Shown: piece after piece, positions 10,514-18,265 of the stretch | Position numbering within the stretch: position 1 is the first letter of the stretch | Layout of the letters: each line of letters opens with the position of its first letter | NCBI GenBank assembly: GCA_964625835.1 | Contig: CAZVES010000001.1 | Location: 1-56,784 of the forward strand | DNA length: 56,784 nucleotides | Reading direction: 5' to 3' | From: an uncultured Hyphomonadaceae bacterium | GTDB taxonomy: Bacteria > Pseudomonadota > Alphaproteobacteria > Caulobacterales > Hyphomonadaceae | Notes under the pieces: generated by a model | What the model was told of the DNA's origin: nothing | Seen by the model: the letters and a program-made list of their open reading frames with translations, nothing else | Databases searched by the model: none | Made by a program: the position numbers and the translations under genes

Positions 10514-11029
10514 ATGGCGCTGACAGGTCGACAAGGACGGATGACGCGGGATGAAGGCGGTGCAACGGCGGTCGAGTTTGCCCTCGTCGCGCCCGTTGCC
10601 CTGTTCATGATACTTGCCACCATCGAGTACAGCCTCTTCTATTTCAAGACGAGCTTCCTCAAACACGTCCTTTATGAGGCCAGCCGCAACGTACAAACCG
10701 GCGAGGTTCAGGAGGCCGTTGACCCACAGACATTTTTCCAGACCGAGTATTGCAGCGATGCGGCGTTCCTAATGCGCTGCCACGACGTGTTCTTCGACGT
10801 GCGCTCGGCATCCGATCTCGGCGCAGCCAGTTTCCCGGCGGCCACTTTCGATGCCGGTGGCGAGCCGACCAATTTCGTGTTCCAGCCCGGCGGACCCAAT
10901 GACATCACCACGATGCGTGTGGCCACGCCGTACCGTTTCATCACGCCTTTCATGCAGGACATTTTCCAGCCGGACGGTTCGCCAGCCATCATCGTTGGCT
11001 ATTCCATCGCCCGCAATGAGCCTTTCTGA
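10514..11029 (+). CDS. TadE-like pseudopilin / Flp pilus-assembly protein
   Basis: TadE N-terminal signature GGATAVEFALVAPVALFMILATIEY. An alternative start is ATG 10541. The stop overlaps the next start (TGATG). Confidence 0.7.
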   Translation: MALTGRQGRMTRDEGGATAVEFALVAPVALFMILATIEYSLFYFKTSFLKHVLYEASRNVQTGEVQEAVDPQTFFQTEYCSDAAFLMRCHDVFFDVRSASDLGAASFPAATFDAGGEPTNFVFQPGGPNDITTMRVATPYRFITPFMQDIFQPDGSPAIIVGYSIARNEPF

Positions 11030-11649
11030 TGACCCGGATTTTTACCTTCCGGCGCGACCAGCGCGGCGTGGCGGCGCTTGAATTCGCCCTGATGTCGCCT
11101 TTCCTGGCGGTGCTGATCTACGGCCTGATCGAGATGACCCTGCGTTTCCGCGCGGCCGACGAGTTCCAGCGCTACCTGCAACAGGCTGGCGACTATCTCT
11201 CGCGCGAGGACGAGTTGTTTGCCGCCGACATTGACGCCATCTACGCCGTGTCTGACCAGATGATTCGTTCGGCAGACACGGCCGGCACCCTGCACATCGA
11301 CGTCGCCAGCATCGGCTTCAAGTCCGACGGGGCGCCCGAACTGCTGTGGCACCGGCATCGCGGAGACACACCGCCCACCCTCGATGTCGGTGCGGCGTCG
11401 GGCCTGGGCGATCCGGGCGAGAGTGTGCTGCGGGTTTCCGCTCGGCTGACCTACGAAACACCGGTCAGCCAGATCATCGGAGCGGGCCGGGTCAGTTTCG
11501 ATGAAACCGTGTATTATCGCCCGCGCGTTACCCGGCTGATTGCCATGGACGGCTCCATTCATGATGAGGGGGTCGACTGGGTCGATGATGGCGCTTCCAC
11601 GGCAGGCGAGAACAATGGCGAGGAAGCCGTCGGGGAGGTGGAACCGTGA
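11029..11649 (+). CDS. TadE-like pseudopilin / Flp pilus-assembly protein (second copy)
   Basis: N-terminus ...RGVAALEFALMSPFLAVLIYGLIEM (TadE-type). The stop overlaps the GTG start of the next gene (GTGA). Confidence 0.7.
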   Translation: MTRIFTFRRDQRGVAALEFALMSPFLAVLIYGLIEMTLRFRAADEFQRYLQQAGDYLSREDELFAADIDAIYAVSDQMIRSADTAGTLHIDVASIGFKSDGAPELLWHRHRGDTPPTLDVGAASGLGDPGESVLRVSARLTYETPVSQIIGAGRVSFDETVYYRPRVTRLIAMDGSIHDEGVDWVDDGASTAGENNGEEAVGEVEP

Positions 11650-13124
11650 CGCGCTATTACGCAGAAACGCGCGGTGGCATCACCGTTCCGATGGCCCTGA
11701 TCAGTGCCGCGCTCCTCGTCATGGTGGGCCTGGCTGTGGATGGGTCGCGCGCCTACCTCGCCAAGGATCGCTTCCAGGCTGCGCTGGACGCAGCGGCCCT
11801 CGCCGCGGGCACCACCTACGACACGGACGCCGCCCTGGACGCGCTTGCCGGTGAGTTTGTTGCGCGCAATTTCGCCATGCCGGGAACCCGCGTGACACGG
11901 GTGGATGTGACGGCAGATACCGAGAATGTCTTTGTCGAGGGCACGTTCGATCTCGACACCTATTTCGTACAGGTGCTGGCGCGCGAGACTCTCAGCCTGC
12001 GTGCAGAGACCGAGGTGAAACGGGCCGGTGGTGGCCTCATGGTGTCAATGGTCCTCGACAACACCGGTTCCATGTGGAGCAGCGGCAACATCGGCGCCCT
12101 GCGCGGCGCTGCGCAGGCCCTGGTCGATGACGTATTTGACGGCAAAACCGAAGAACCCGACCTGCGCTTTGCCATCGTGCCCTATGCCGCCGCCGTCAAT
12201 CCGGGCCCGGTGGCTGACGACATCATCTCGCTTCCCCGGGCCCATGGCCTATTGGATCCGTTTGACGAAACCGCCTGGAAAGGCTGCGTGATGGAGCGCT
12301 GGGGTGCCAACAGCCTCAATGACACACCGCCGGCCACCGCCACCTGGGAGCCCTATTATTACCCGCCCGGTGTCGACAACAACTACACAGATGGCGACGC
12401 CGCCACCATCGTGCCTGGCGGGGTGACGAACTCCAACCAGATTACGGGCCCGAACATTGGCTGCCCGACGCCCATCCTGCCGCTGACATCCAACAAGTCC
12501 CTCGTCGACGGAGCCCTTTCTGCCATGACCGCCTGGAACCGGGGCGGCACGCTCACCGACATTGGCATGGCCTGGGGCATTCGCACCCTTTCGCCGGGCC
12601 TGCCGTTCAGCGAGAGCGCGACCCAGGTCGATGACAAGAATGGCATTCCCATCTGGGACAGCCCGCGCTGGCGGCGCGCCATCGTGCTGATGACCGATGG
12701 TGAGAGCGGTTTCTACAACTACCCGGGCGGCGGCAGCTCCAACCAAGAAGGCACCAGCCCCAATGACAGTCATCCGAGCGCCTCGGACCACACAGCCTAT
12801 GGCCGCTGGAACGAGGACGGCTCGAACGCCAAGGCGCTCTTCTCCAGCGCGCCTGGCTATGTCCGAGCCGATGGGACGACAGACAATTCCACCCGCGGCA
12901 AGCTGAACCGGCGCATTTTCGACCTTTGCGCGGCGGCCAAGTCCCAGGGCATTGTTGTGTACACGGTTGTATTTACATCCCGGGTGGGTGACGACACGCG
13001 CGAGATGTATCAACGATGTGCCTCGGACCCCGGCAAGTACTGGTACGCGCCAACGCAGTCGGCCCTGACCAGTGCATTCGAACAGGTGGGCAGCGACCTC
13101 AACAAGCTCCGGATTACGCGATAA
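11646..13124 (+). CDS. TadG-like protein with von Willebrand factor A domain
   Basis: 492 aa. It has a TadG-type N-terminus GGITVPMALISAALLVMVGLAVDGSRAYL and a MIDAS-like VSMVLDNTGSMW. It is a paralogue-like relative of the partial gene at 1-709. Confidence 0.7.
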   Translation: MTRYYAETRGGITVPMALISAALLVMVGLAVDGSRAYLAKDRFQAALDAAALAAGTTYDTDAALDALAGEFVARNFAMPGTRVTRVDVTADTENVFVEGTFDLDTYFVQVLARETLSLRAETEVKRAGGGLMVSMVLDNTGSMWSSGNIGALRGAAQALVDDVFDGKTEEPDLRFAIVPYAAAVNPGPVADDIISLPRAHGLLDPFDETAWKGCVMERWGANSLNDTPPATATWEPYYYPPGVDNNYTDGDAATIVPGGVTNSNQITGPNIGCPTPILPLTSNKSLVDGALSAMTAWNRGGTLTDIGMAWGIRTLSPGLPFSESATQVDDKNGIPIWDSPRWRRAIVLMTDGESGFYNYPGGGSSNQEGTSPNDSHPSASDHTAYGRWNEDGSNAKALFSSAPGYVRADGTTDNSTRGKLNRRIFDLCAAAKSQGIVVYTVVFTSRVGDDTREMYQRCASDPGKYWYAPTQSALTSAFEQVGSDLNKLRITR

Positions 13125-13131
13125 GCGGGCG

Positions 13132-14094
13132 TCAGACGCCGGTCATATCAGCCAGAGCCCGGGCGATCAGGCGCTGGAACGCTTCTCCGAACCTGGGGGA
13201 CCATGTGTGGTCATCGGCATGGACCGGCTTGGTCGAGTTGATACCGGCCACGCGCATCTCGCCCGTCTCGCGGGTGAACCAGGGTCCGCCTGACGAGCCT
13301 TCCGTGAGACCGTTCTCGGCCTTCACAACGCCGAATGAGCGGTCGAGGACGCGCTCGCCCGTGGTCGCATAGAGAAAGCGGCCGTCGAAGTCGAATTCGT
13401 CCGTGGCCTTGCGTGGGTAGCCTAGGCTCGTAAAGGGCCCATCGGGGTCGGCATTGGCCAACACGCCTGCGGTTCCCGTCCTGTGGGCGATCGGCGCATC
13501 GAGGCGGACAATCGCCATGTCATAATGGCCTGGCGTCGTGCCCGGTGACGGGGTTGCCCATCCGCCCGGAACATAAACCGCCTCGCCGGCCCATTTCCCG
13601 GCCGCCGAGCCGGCAATGTACTGGGGCTGGAACACCATCCATTCGGCAAACTGTCCTTCGCCCGTGAGGGCATTGGTGCGGGCGAACGCACAATGGGCGG
13701 CGGTCAACACGATGCGCTCGGCGATCACAGTGCCTGTGCAATAGCGCACGCGTCCGCCAAATACGGCAGTGACCCGCCCGACCGAGGAAATCGGGTGCAC
13801 GTCGAGATCTGCGACGGCTTCCGTGATGGCCCCGCCCAGCGTCTCTTCCGCCGAAACCAGGCGCTGCGCCATCAGGGTATCAGGTTCACCGTGGGTCGGG
13901 GTGCTGCCATGTGTCTGAAGCCGAGCGCGCGCAAGGACGTCGATCTGGCGACCCCCAACGGGCACCGTGATCTCCACCTCCATCTCGGGAACAAAGGCAC
14001 CCGTCGGATCGTGGCCCTCGTCCACTTCACGCACATGGCCGGGCGGCGTGGCCAGTTGCGCCATCTGGACGTCAAGATTGGCATCAAACTCCAT
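13132..14094 (-). CDS. trypsin-like (S1 family, V8/Glu-endopeptidase-like) serine protease, no obvious signal peptide
   Basis: The catalytic triad contexts are visible: IVLTAAHC (His), HYDMAIVRL (Asp) and TEGSSGGPWF (Ser). The first ~100 aa are acidic/polar with no hydrophobic leader. It is convergent with tadG-vWA across a 7-bp gap. Confidence 0.8.
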   Translation of the reverse strand: MEFDANLDVQMAQLATPPGHVREVDEGHDPTGAFVPEMEVEITVPVGGRQIDVLARARLQTHGSTPTHGEPDTLMAQRLVSAEETLGGAITEAVADLDVHPISSVGRVTAVFGGRVRYCTGTVIAERIVLTAAHCAFARTNALTGEGQFAEWMVFQPQYIAGSAAGKWAGEAVYVPGGWATPSPGTTPGHYDMAIVRLDAPIAHRTGTAGVLANADPDGPFTSLGYPRKATDEFDFDGRFLYATTGERVLDRSFGVVKAENGLTEGSSGGPWFTRETGEMRVAGINSTKPVHADDHTWSPRFGEAFQRLIARALADMTGV

Positions 14095-14351
14095 GACAGG
14101 ACCTTGCCGTCACAGGCTTAACAAAGTCCAGTTTGCCACGCAGTTTTTCTTATCCTGGGCGAGACGGCGAAGAGTTTCACGCCTTTGAAGACTGTTTTGC
14201 CTCGCCTGGCACCCTTTCGCGCCTGGGGTCTACGCTGGCATGTGTGTGCTGAATAGCTGTTATCTGCGATGCCCGCTCTGGCCTGCGCTGGAACCGCGTT
14301 AAGGATGTCCTACCTCTAGGAATAAGCCAGAGACACCAGCTAAGGGTGCCC

Positions 14352-14981
14352 ATGCGTTCAACACTCGTCCCAATCGCTTTCGCTGCCACACTGCTCGCAG
14401 GCTGCGTTACCGCGCAGCAGAGCCTCGCGCCCATTAAGAGCTCCAATTTCGAGCTCGACCGGACACATGCTTTTATGACCGTCAGCGTGAAACACTTCGG
14501 TCTGTCGGACTATTCCATCGATTTCACCGATTTCGACGCCCAGCTTGACTTCAAGGCCGATGACCCGACCGCTTCACTCGTCTCTGTGCAGGTCAACACG
14601 GCTGCCCTGGACACCCAGTATCCCGACCCGGACAAGAAGACCGAATGGGAGGCCGAGCTGGCCAATGATGGCCGCTGGCTGAATGCCGATGAGTTTCCGA
14701 AGGCGACCTTTGTGTCCACCTCGGCGCGCCAGACCGGCGAATTCACAGGCGCGGTGACGGGTGACCTGAACCTGCGTGGTGTTACCGCCCCGCTAACGCT
14801 GGACGTGACCTATAACGGGACGGCCACGGGCCCCTTCGATGGCGGCCGGCGCCGCATCGGTTTCAATGCGACCGGTACATTCAACCGGTCAGACTTCGGC
14901 ATGGGCGCGATGACCCAGTTCGTGTCCGACGAAGTCAAACTGAGCTTCTCCGGCGAGTTTCTCGAAGCCGGGGATGAGTGA
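14352..14981 (+). CDS. YceI-family lipoprotein
   Basis: MRSTLVPIAFAATLLAGC lipobox, then a YceI-like fold sequence (...FELDRTHAFMTVSVKHFGLSDYSIDFTDFDAQLDF...). I prefer ATG 14352, which has AAGGG 5 nt upstream, over GTG 14346. Confidence 0.8.
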   Translation: MRSTLVPIAFAATLLAGCVTAQQSLAPIKSSNFELDRTHAFMTVSVKHFGLSDYSIDFTDFDAQLDFKADDPTASLVSVQVNTAALDTQYPDPDKKTEWEAELANDGRWLNADEFPKATFVSTSARQTGEFTGAVTGDLNLRGVTAPLTLDVTYNGTATGPFDGGRRRIGFNATGTFNRSDFGMGAMTQFVSDEVKLSFSGEFLEAGDE

Positions 14982-15021
14982 GCATCACACCCCACACCAA
15001 TCAAACCAAGGAACGACACCC

Positions 15022-15756
15022 ATGAAGTACACAGCACTCCTTGCCAGCGCGGCCGGCCTTGCCCTGATCGCCGCTTGCGGCGGTTCCGCCACGGCACCGG
15101 CTGAAGCCCAGAACGGCGAAGCCGCAGCGCCCGCACCCGCTGCGACCACCGCACCGGCTGAAATCGTCCTCGCCGAATCCCTCGCCGAAGTCAGCGCCGC
15201 AAACTATTCCCTCGAGCGCAACCACGCCTTCCTCGAATTCGCCGTGGGCCATTCCGGCGGCATCTCCGACTATATCGTACACTTTGGCGACTTTGACGCC
15301 GACCTGACCTTCGACCCGGCCGACCCGACCGCGTCCAGCCTGTCGGTCACCGTCAATCCCGCCGACCTGATCGTGAACTATCCCGGCGACTACAAGGCCG
15401 GTCACGCCGACAGCGGCTTCGAGACCTGGGCCGAGGACATGTCGCGCAACGAGCGCTGGCTGAACGCCGACAATTTCCCGGAAATCACTTTCACCTCCAC
15501 CGATGTCGACCTGACCAGCGGAAACACGGGCACGGTGACCGGCGATCTCACCTTCCTCGGCGTGACCCAGCCCGTCACCCTGGACGTAAGCTATAATGGC
15601 GTTGCCAACATGCCCTGGTTCGGCGAGCGCGACCTGATCGGCTTCAACGCCACAACCACGATCAGCCGTTCGGAATTCGGCATGACAGCCGCCATCCCGA
15701 ATATCACCGACGCGGTGACGGTCTCCTTCTCCGGCGAGTTCCTGCAGGACGAGTAG
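15022..15756 (+). CDS. YceI-family lipoprotein (second copy)
   Basis: MKYTALLASAAGLALIAACGG lipobox, with AAGGAA upstream of ATG 15022. The YceI-like core is ...YSLERNHAFLEFAVGHSGGISDYIVHFGDFDADLTF.... Confidence 0.8.
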   Translation: MKYTALLASAAGLALIAACGGSATAPAEAQNGEAAAPAPAATTAPAEIVLAESLAEVSAANYSLERNHAFLEFAVGHSGGISDYIVHFGDFDADLTFDPADPTASSLSVTVNPADLIVNYPGDYKAGHADSGFETWAEDMSRNERWLNADNFPEITFTSTDVDLTSGNTGTVTGDLTFLGVTQPVTLDVSYNGVANMPWFGERDLIGFNATTTISRSEFGMTAAIPNITDAVTVSFSGEFLQDE

Positions 15757-15785
15757 CGGCTCGTTTCCCGGTGTTTCAGCAGGTT

Positions 15786-15868
15786 CCTGCGCAGGCAGGA
15801 GCCCATGGGCAGATGGCGGCCAGCGGCGCACCAGGTTGAATTGATCCACGGATACCTGCCTGCGCAGG
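15786..15868. repeat. 14-bp perfect inverted repeat CCTGCGCAGGCAGG / CCTGCCTGCGCAGG, each arm containing the 10-bp palindrome CCTGCGCAGG, 55-nt spacer
   Basis: Read directly from the sequence: arms at 15786-15799 and 15855-15868. It lies in the gap between yceI copy 2 and the cytochrome b561-YceI gene. Confidence 0.8.
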
Positions 15869-15905
15869 TATCTGCGGAAAGAAGCGATGCAATGAAAGTA
15901 AACCT

Positions 15906-17144
15906 GTGATGGCTGCTGCAGACATGGTTTCGGCTCCCTCCCCGCCTTCCCATCGCTACACAAGCGTGGCGATTGCCCTGCACTGGGCGATCGCGCTGGC
16001 GATCCTCAGCCTCATTCCCGGCGGGTGGTTCATGAGCGACCTGCCCAATGACCACCCGCTTAAGGAGACGCTCTACCAGCTGCACAAATCGGTTGGGATC
16101 ACCATTCTGATCCTCACCCTGGCGCGGATCGCATGGCGCGTGATGAATCCGGTGCCGGAGGATGCCGCTGGGCTCAAGGGCTGGGAGAAGACTGCCTCCC
16201 ACAGCGCCCATATCGCCTTCTACGCCCTGATGCTTCTCATGCCGCTCACCGGCTGGCTCTATGTCTCGACCGCCTATGCCTTCGACGTGCCCACAGTGCT
16301 TTACGGAATCGTGAGTTGGCCAGACCTGCCCTTTGTGGGCTTCCTGTCCAACGAGACGGGCCATGGCGTGGTGCAGTTTGTCCACTCCAAGCTCGCCTGG
16401 GCGGCGCTCGGCCTTGTCGCGCTGCATGTGGCGGGCGCATTGAAGCATGAATTCGGACCCGAGGAGGGCGTGTTGAAACGGATGATCCCAGGCCTGTTCG
16501 GAAAGACCGGCGGTCCACGCGCACCCTCGCGCGGCGCACTGGCAGCCTTTGGCGGCGCCCTTGCCGTCTTCGCCGCCGTGGCCGTCACCCCGATGCTCAC
16601 CCAGGGCGGCGCAGCGGACGTGACCGGCACCTCAGGCCTTCAGGCCAACTGGGCCGTCAACAGGGACGCTAGCCCCGCCATACGATTCTCCGGCACCCAT
16701 GAAGGCGACCAATACACAGGCACCTTCGAAAACTGGGATTCCACCATCGCCTTCGACCCGGATAACCTCGCCGCCTCGCGCGTGGAGGTGACGGTGGACC
16801 TGGGTTCGGCGGTGGCCAACAAGAAGCTCTACACAGACAGCCTGCGCGCGGCCGAATGGCTCGACGTGGCCGGCTCGCCCACCGCCAGCGTGGTGCTCGA
16901 CATGTTTACCGGCGCCGAGCCGGACTACACCGCCAATGCCGCGCTCACCTTGAAGGGCGCCACCATCGACGTGCCGTTCGCGTTCGAGCTCAATTTCGAC
17001 GGCGACACCGCCTACCTCGAAGGCGAGACCCGCCTGTCGCGGGCCGAACTGGATGTGGGCATGGCGAGCGATCCGGGTGCCGATTGGGTGTCTGACGAGA
17101 TCCTGATCGAGGTTTCCCTGCAAGCGACCCGCATCACCGATTGA
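15906..17144 (+). CDS. cytochrome b561 (CybB/YceJ-like) fused to a C-terminal YceI-like domain
   Basis: The N-terminal ~190 aa are b561-like (...YTSVAIALHWAIALAILSLIPGGW...LYQLHKSVGITILILTLARIAWR...HIAFYALMLLMPLTGW...). The C-terminal ~170 aa are YceI-like (...WAVNRDASPAIRFSGTHEGDQYTGTFENWDSTIAFDP...). Confidence 0.75.
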   Translation: MMAAADMVSAPSPPSHRYTSVAIALHWAIALAILSLIPGGWFMSDLPNDHPLKETLYQLHKSVGITILILTLARIAWRVMNPVPEDAAGLKGWEKTASHSAHIAFYALMLLMPLTGWLYVSTAYAFDVPTVLYGIVSWPDLPFVGFLSNETGHGVVQFVHSKLAWAALGLVALHVAGALKHEFGPEEGVLKRMIPGLFGKTGGPRAPSRGALAAFGGALAVFAAVAVTPMLTQGGAADVTGTSGLQANWAVNRDASPAIRFSGTHEGDQYTGTFENWDSTIAFDPDNLAASRVEVTVDLGSAVANKKLYTDSLRAAEWLDVAGSPTASVVLDMFTGAEPDYTANAALTLKGATIDVPFAFELNFDGDTAYLEGETRLSRAELDVGMASDPGADWVSDEILIEVSLQATRITD

Positions 17145-17179
17145 CCTGAGCGCCCCGGACAGGCATCTCCGGCCCCGCC

Positions 17180-18148
17180 ATGGCCACACTCGCCCTGAAA
17201 CCCACGCGCGAAGGCATCGCCGCCGCTGTCGACATCCTGCGCCGCGGCGGGATCGTCGCCGTGCCGACGGAAACCGTCTATGGCCTGGCCGCCGACGCCG
17301 CCAATGCAGAGGCCGTCGCCCGGCTCTACGAGGTGAAGCACCGGCCTGCCTTCAATCCGCTGATAGCCCATGTGAACGGGCCTGAAATGGCGGCACTGGA
17401 GGGCGAGATATCCGGTGCGGCCTCCTTCTGCGCAGGGTTCTATTGGCCAGGGCCGCTCACCATCGTCGTGCCGGCGCGCGAGGGCGGGGCGACATGCGAC
17501 ATCGCCCGGGCGGGCCTTGATACCATCGCCCTGCGCCATCCCAGCCACTCCATCACCCATGACATCATCACCGCGCTCGGCCGGCCGATCGTCGCCCCAT
17601 CGGCCAACCGGTCGGGGAAGATCAGCCCGGTCACGCCGCAGGACGTCTATGAAGAACTTGGCGAATCCATCGACGCGATCATGGATGGCGGGCGATGCCC
17701 CGTGGGCTTGGAGTCCACCGTGGTCTCATTCACAGGGCCGCAACCCGTGCTCCTGCGTCCCGGCGGGCTGGAGCGGAACGTGCTGGAGACATTTCTCGGC
17801 ATGCCGCTGGCCATGGCCGAACCCGGCGCAGCGCCCGCCTCCCCCGGCCAGCTGGCCCGCCATTATGCCCCCAATGCGACACTGCGCCTTGATGCAAGAG
17901 GCCCCGAACAGGGCGAGGTCTTCGTCGGCTTCGGCGACATCAGGGGCGACTATTCCCTGTCCGAGAGGGGCGTCCTGAAGGAGGCTGCGGCCAATCTCTA
18001 CCCGCTTCTGCGGTTCCTTGACCGCAAGCATGAGCGCATCGCCATCTGCCCGATCCCGCGCCACGGGCTTGGCGAAGCAATCAATGACCGGCTTCGCCGC
18101 GCCGCAGAGAGGGCGCGGCCCAAGGGCCCGGCCCCGGAATCCGTCTGA
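17180..18148 (+). CDS. tsaC: L-threonylcarbamoyladenylate synthase (YrdC + Sua5 domains)
   Basis: 322 aa with the YrdC motif ...GGIVAVPTETVYGLAADA...LIAH... and a C-terminal Sua5-type extension. Confidence 0.85.
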   Translation: MATLALKPTREGIAAAVDILRRGGIVAVPTETVYGLAADAANAEAVARLYEVKHRPAFNPLIAHVNGPEMAALEGEISGAASFCAGFYWPGPLTIVVPAREGGATCDIARAGLDTIALRHPSHSITHDIITALGRPIVAPSANRSGKISPVTPQDVYEELGESIDAIMDGGRCPVGLESTVVSFTGPQPVLLRPGGLERNVLETFLGMPLAMAEPGAAPASPGQLARHYAPNATLRLDARGPEQGEVFVGFGDIRGDYSLSERGVLKEAAANLYPLLRFLDRKHERIAICPIPRHGLGEAINDRLRRAAERARPKGPAPESV

Positions 18149-18217
18149 CCACGGACCAACTGGCAATCGGGGTGGTTTTGGTTTACCACGCACGATTTTC
18201 TGCATCAGGACTTGGCG

Positions 18218-18235
18218 CTGTCATACCAGTGTCAG
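18218..18235 (+). promoter_or_regulatory. Pho box (PhoB binding site) upstream of pstC
   Basis: CTGTCAT-ACCA-GTGTCAG is two 7-bp direct repeats with a 4-bp spacer. It closely matches the enterobacterial CTGTCAT-N4-CTGTCAY consensus and lies 31 nt before the pstC start. Confidence 0.6.
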
Positions 18236-18265
18236 CATTCCAAACTACACAATTGCGGAGGTTTA

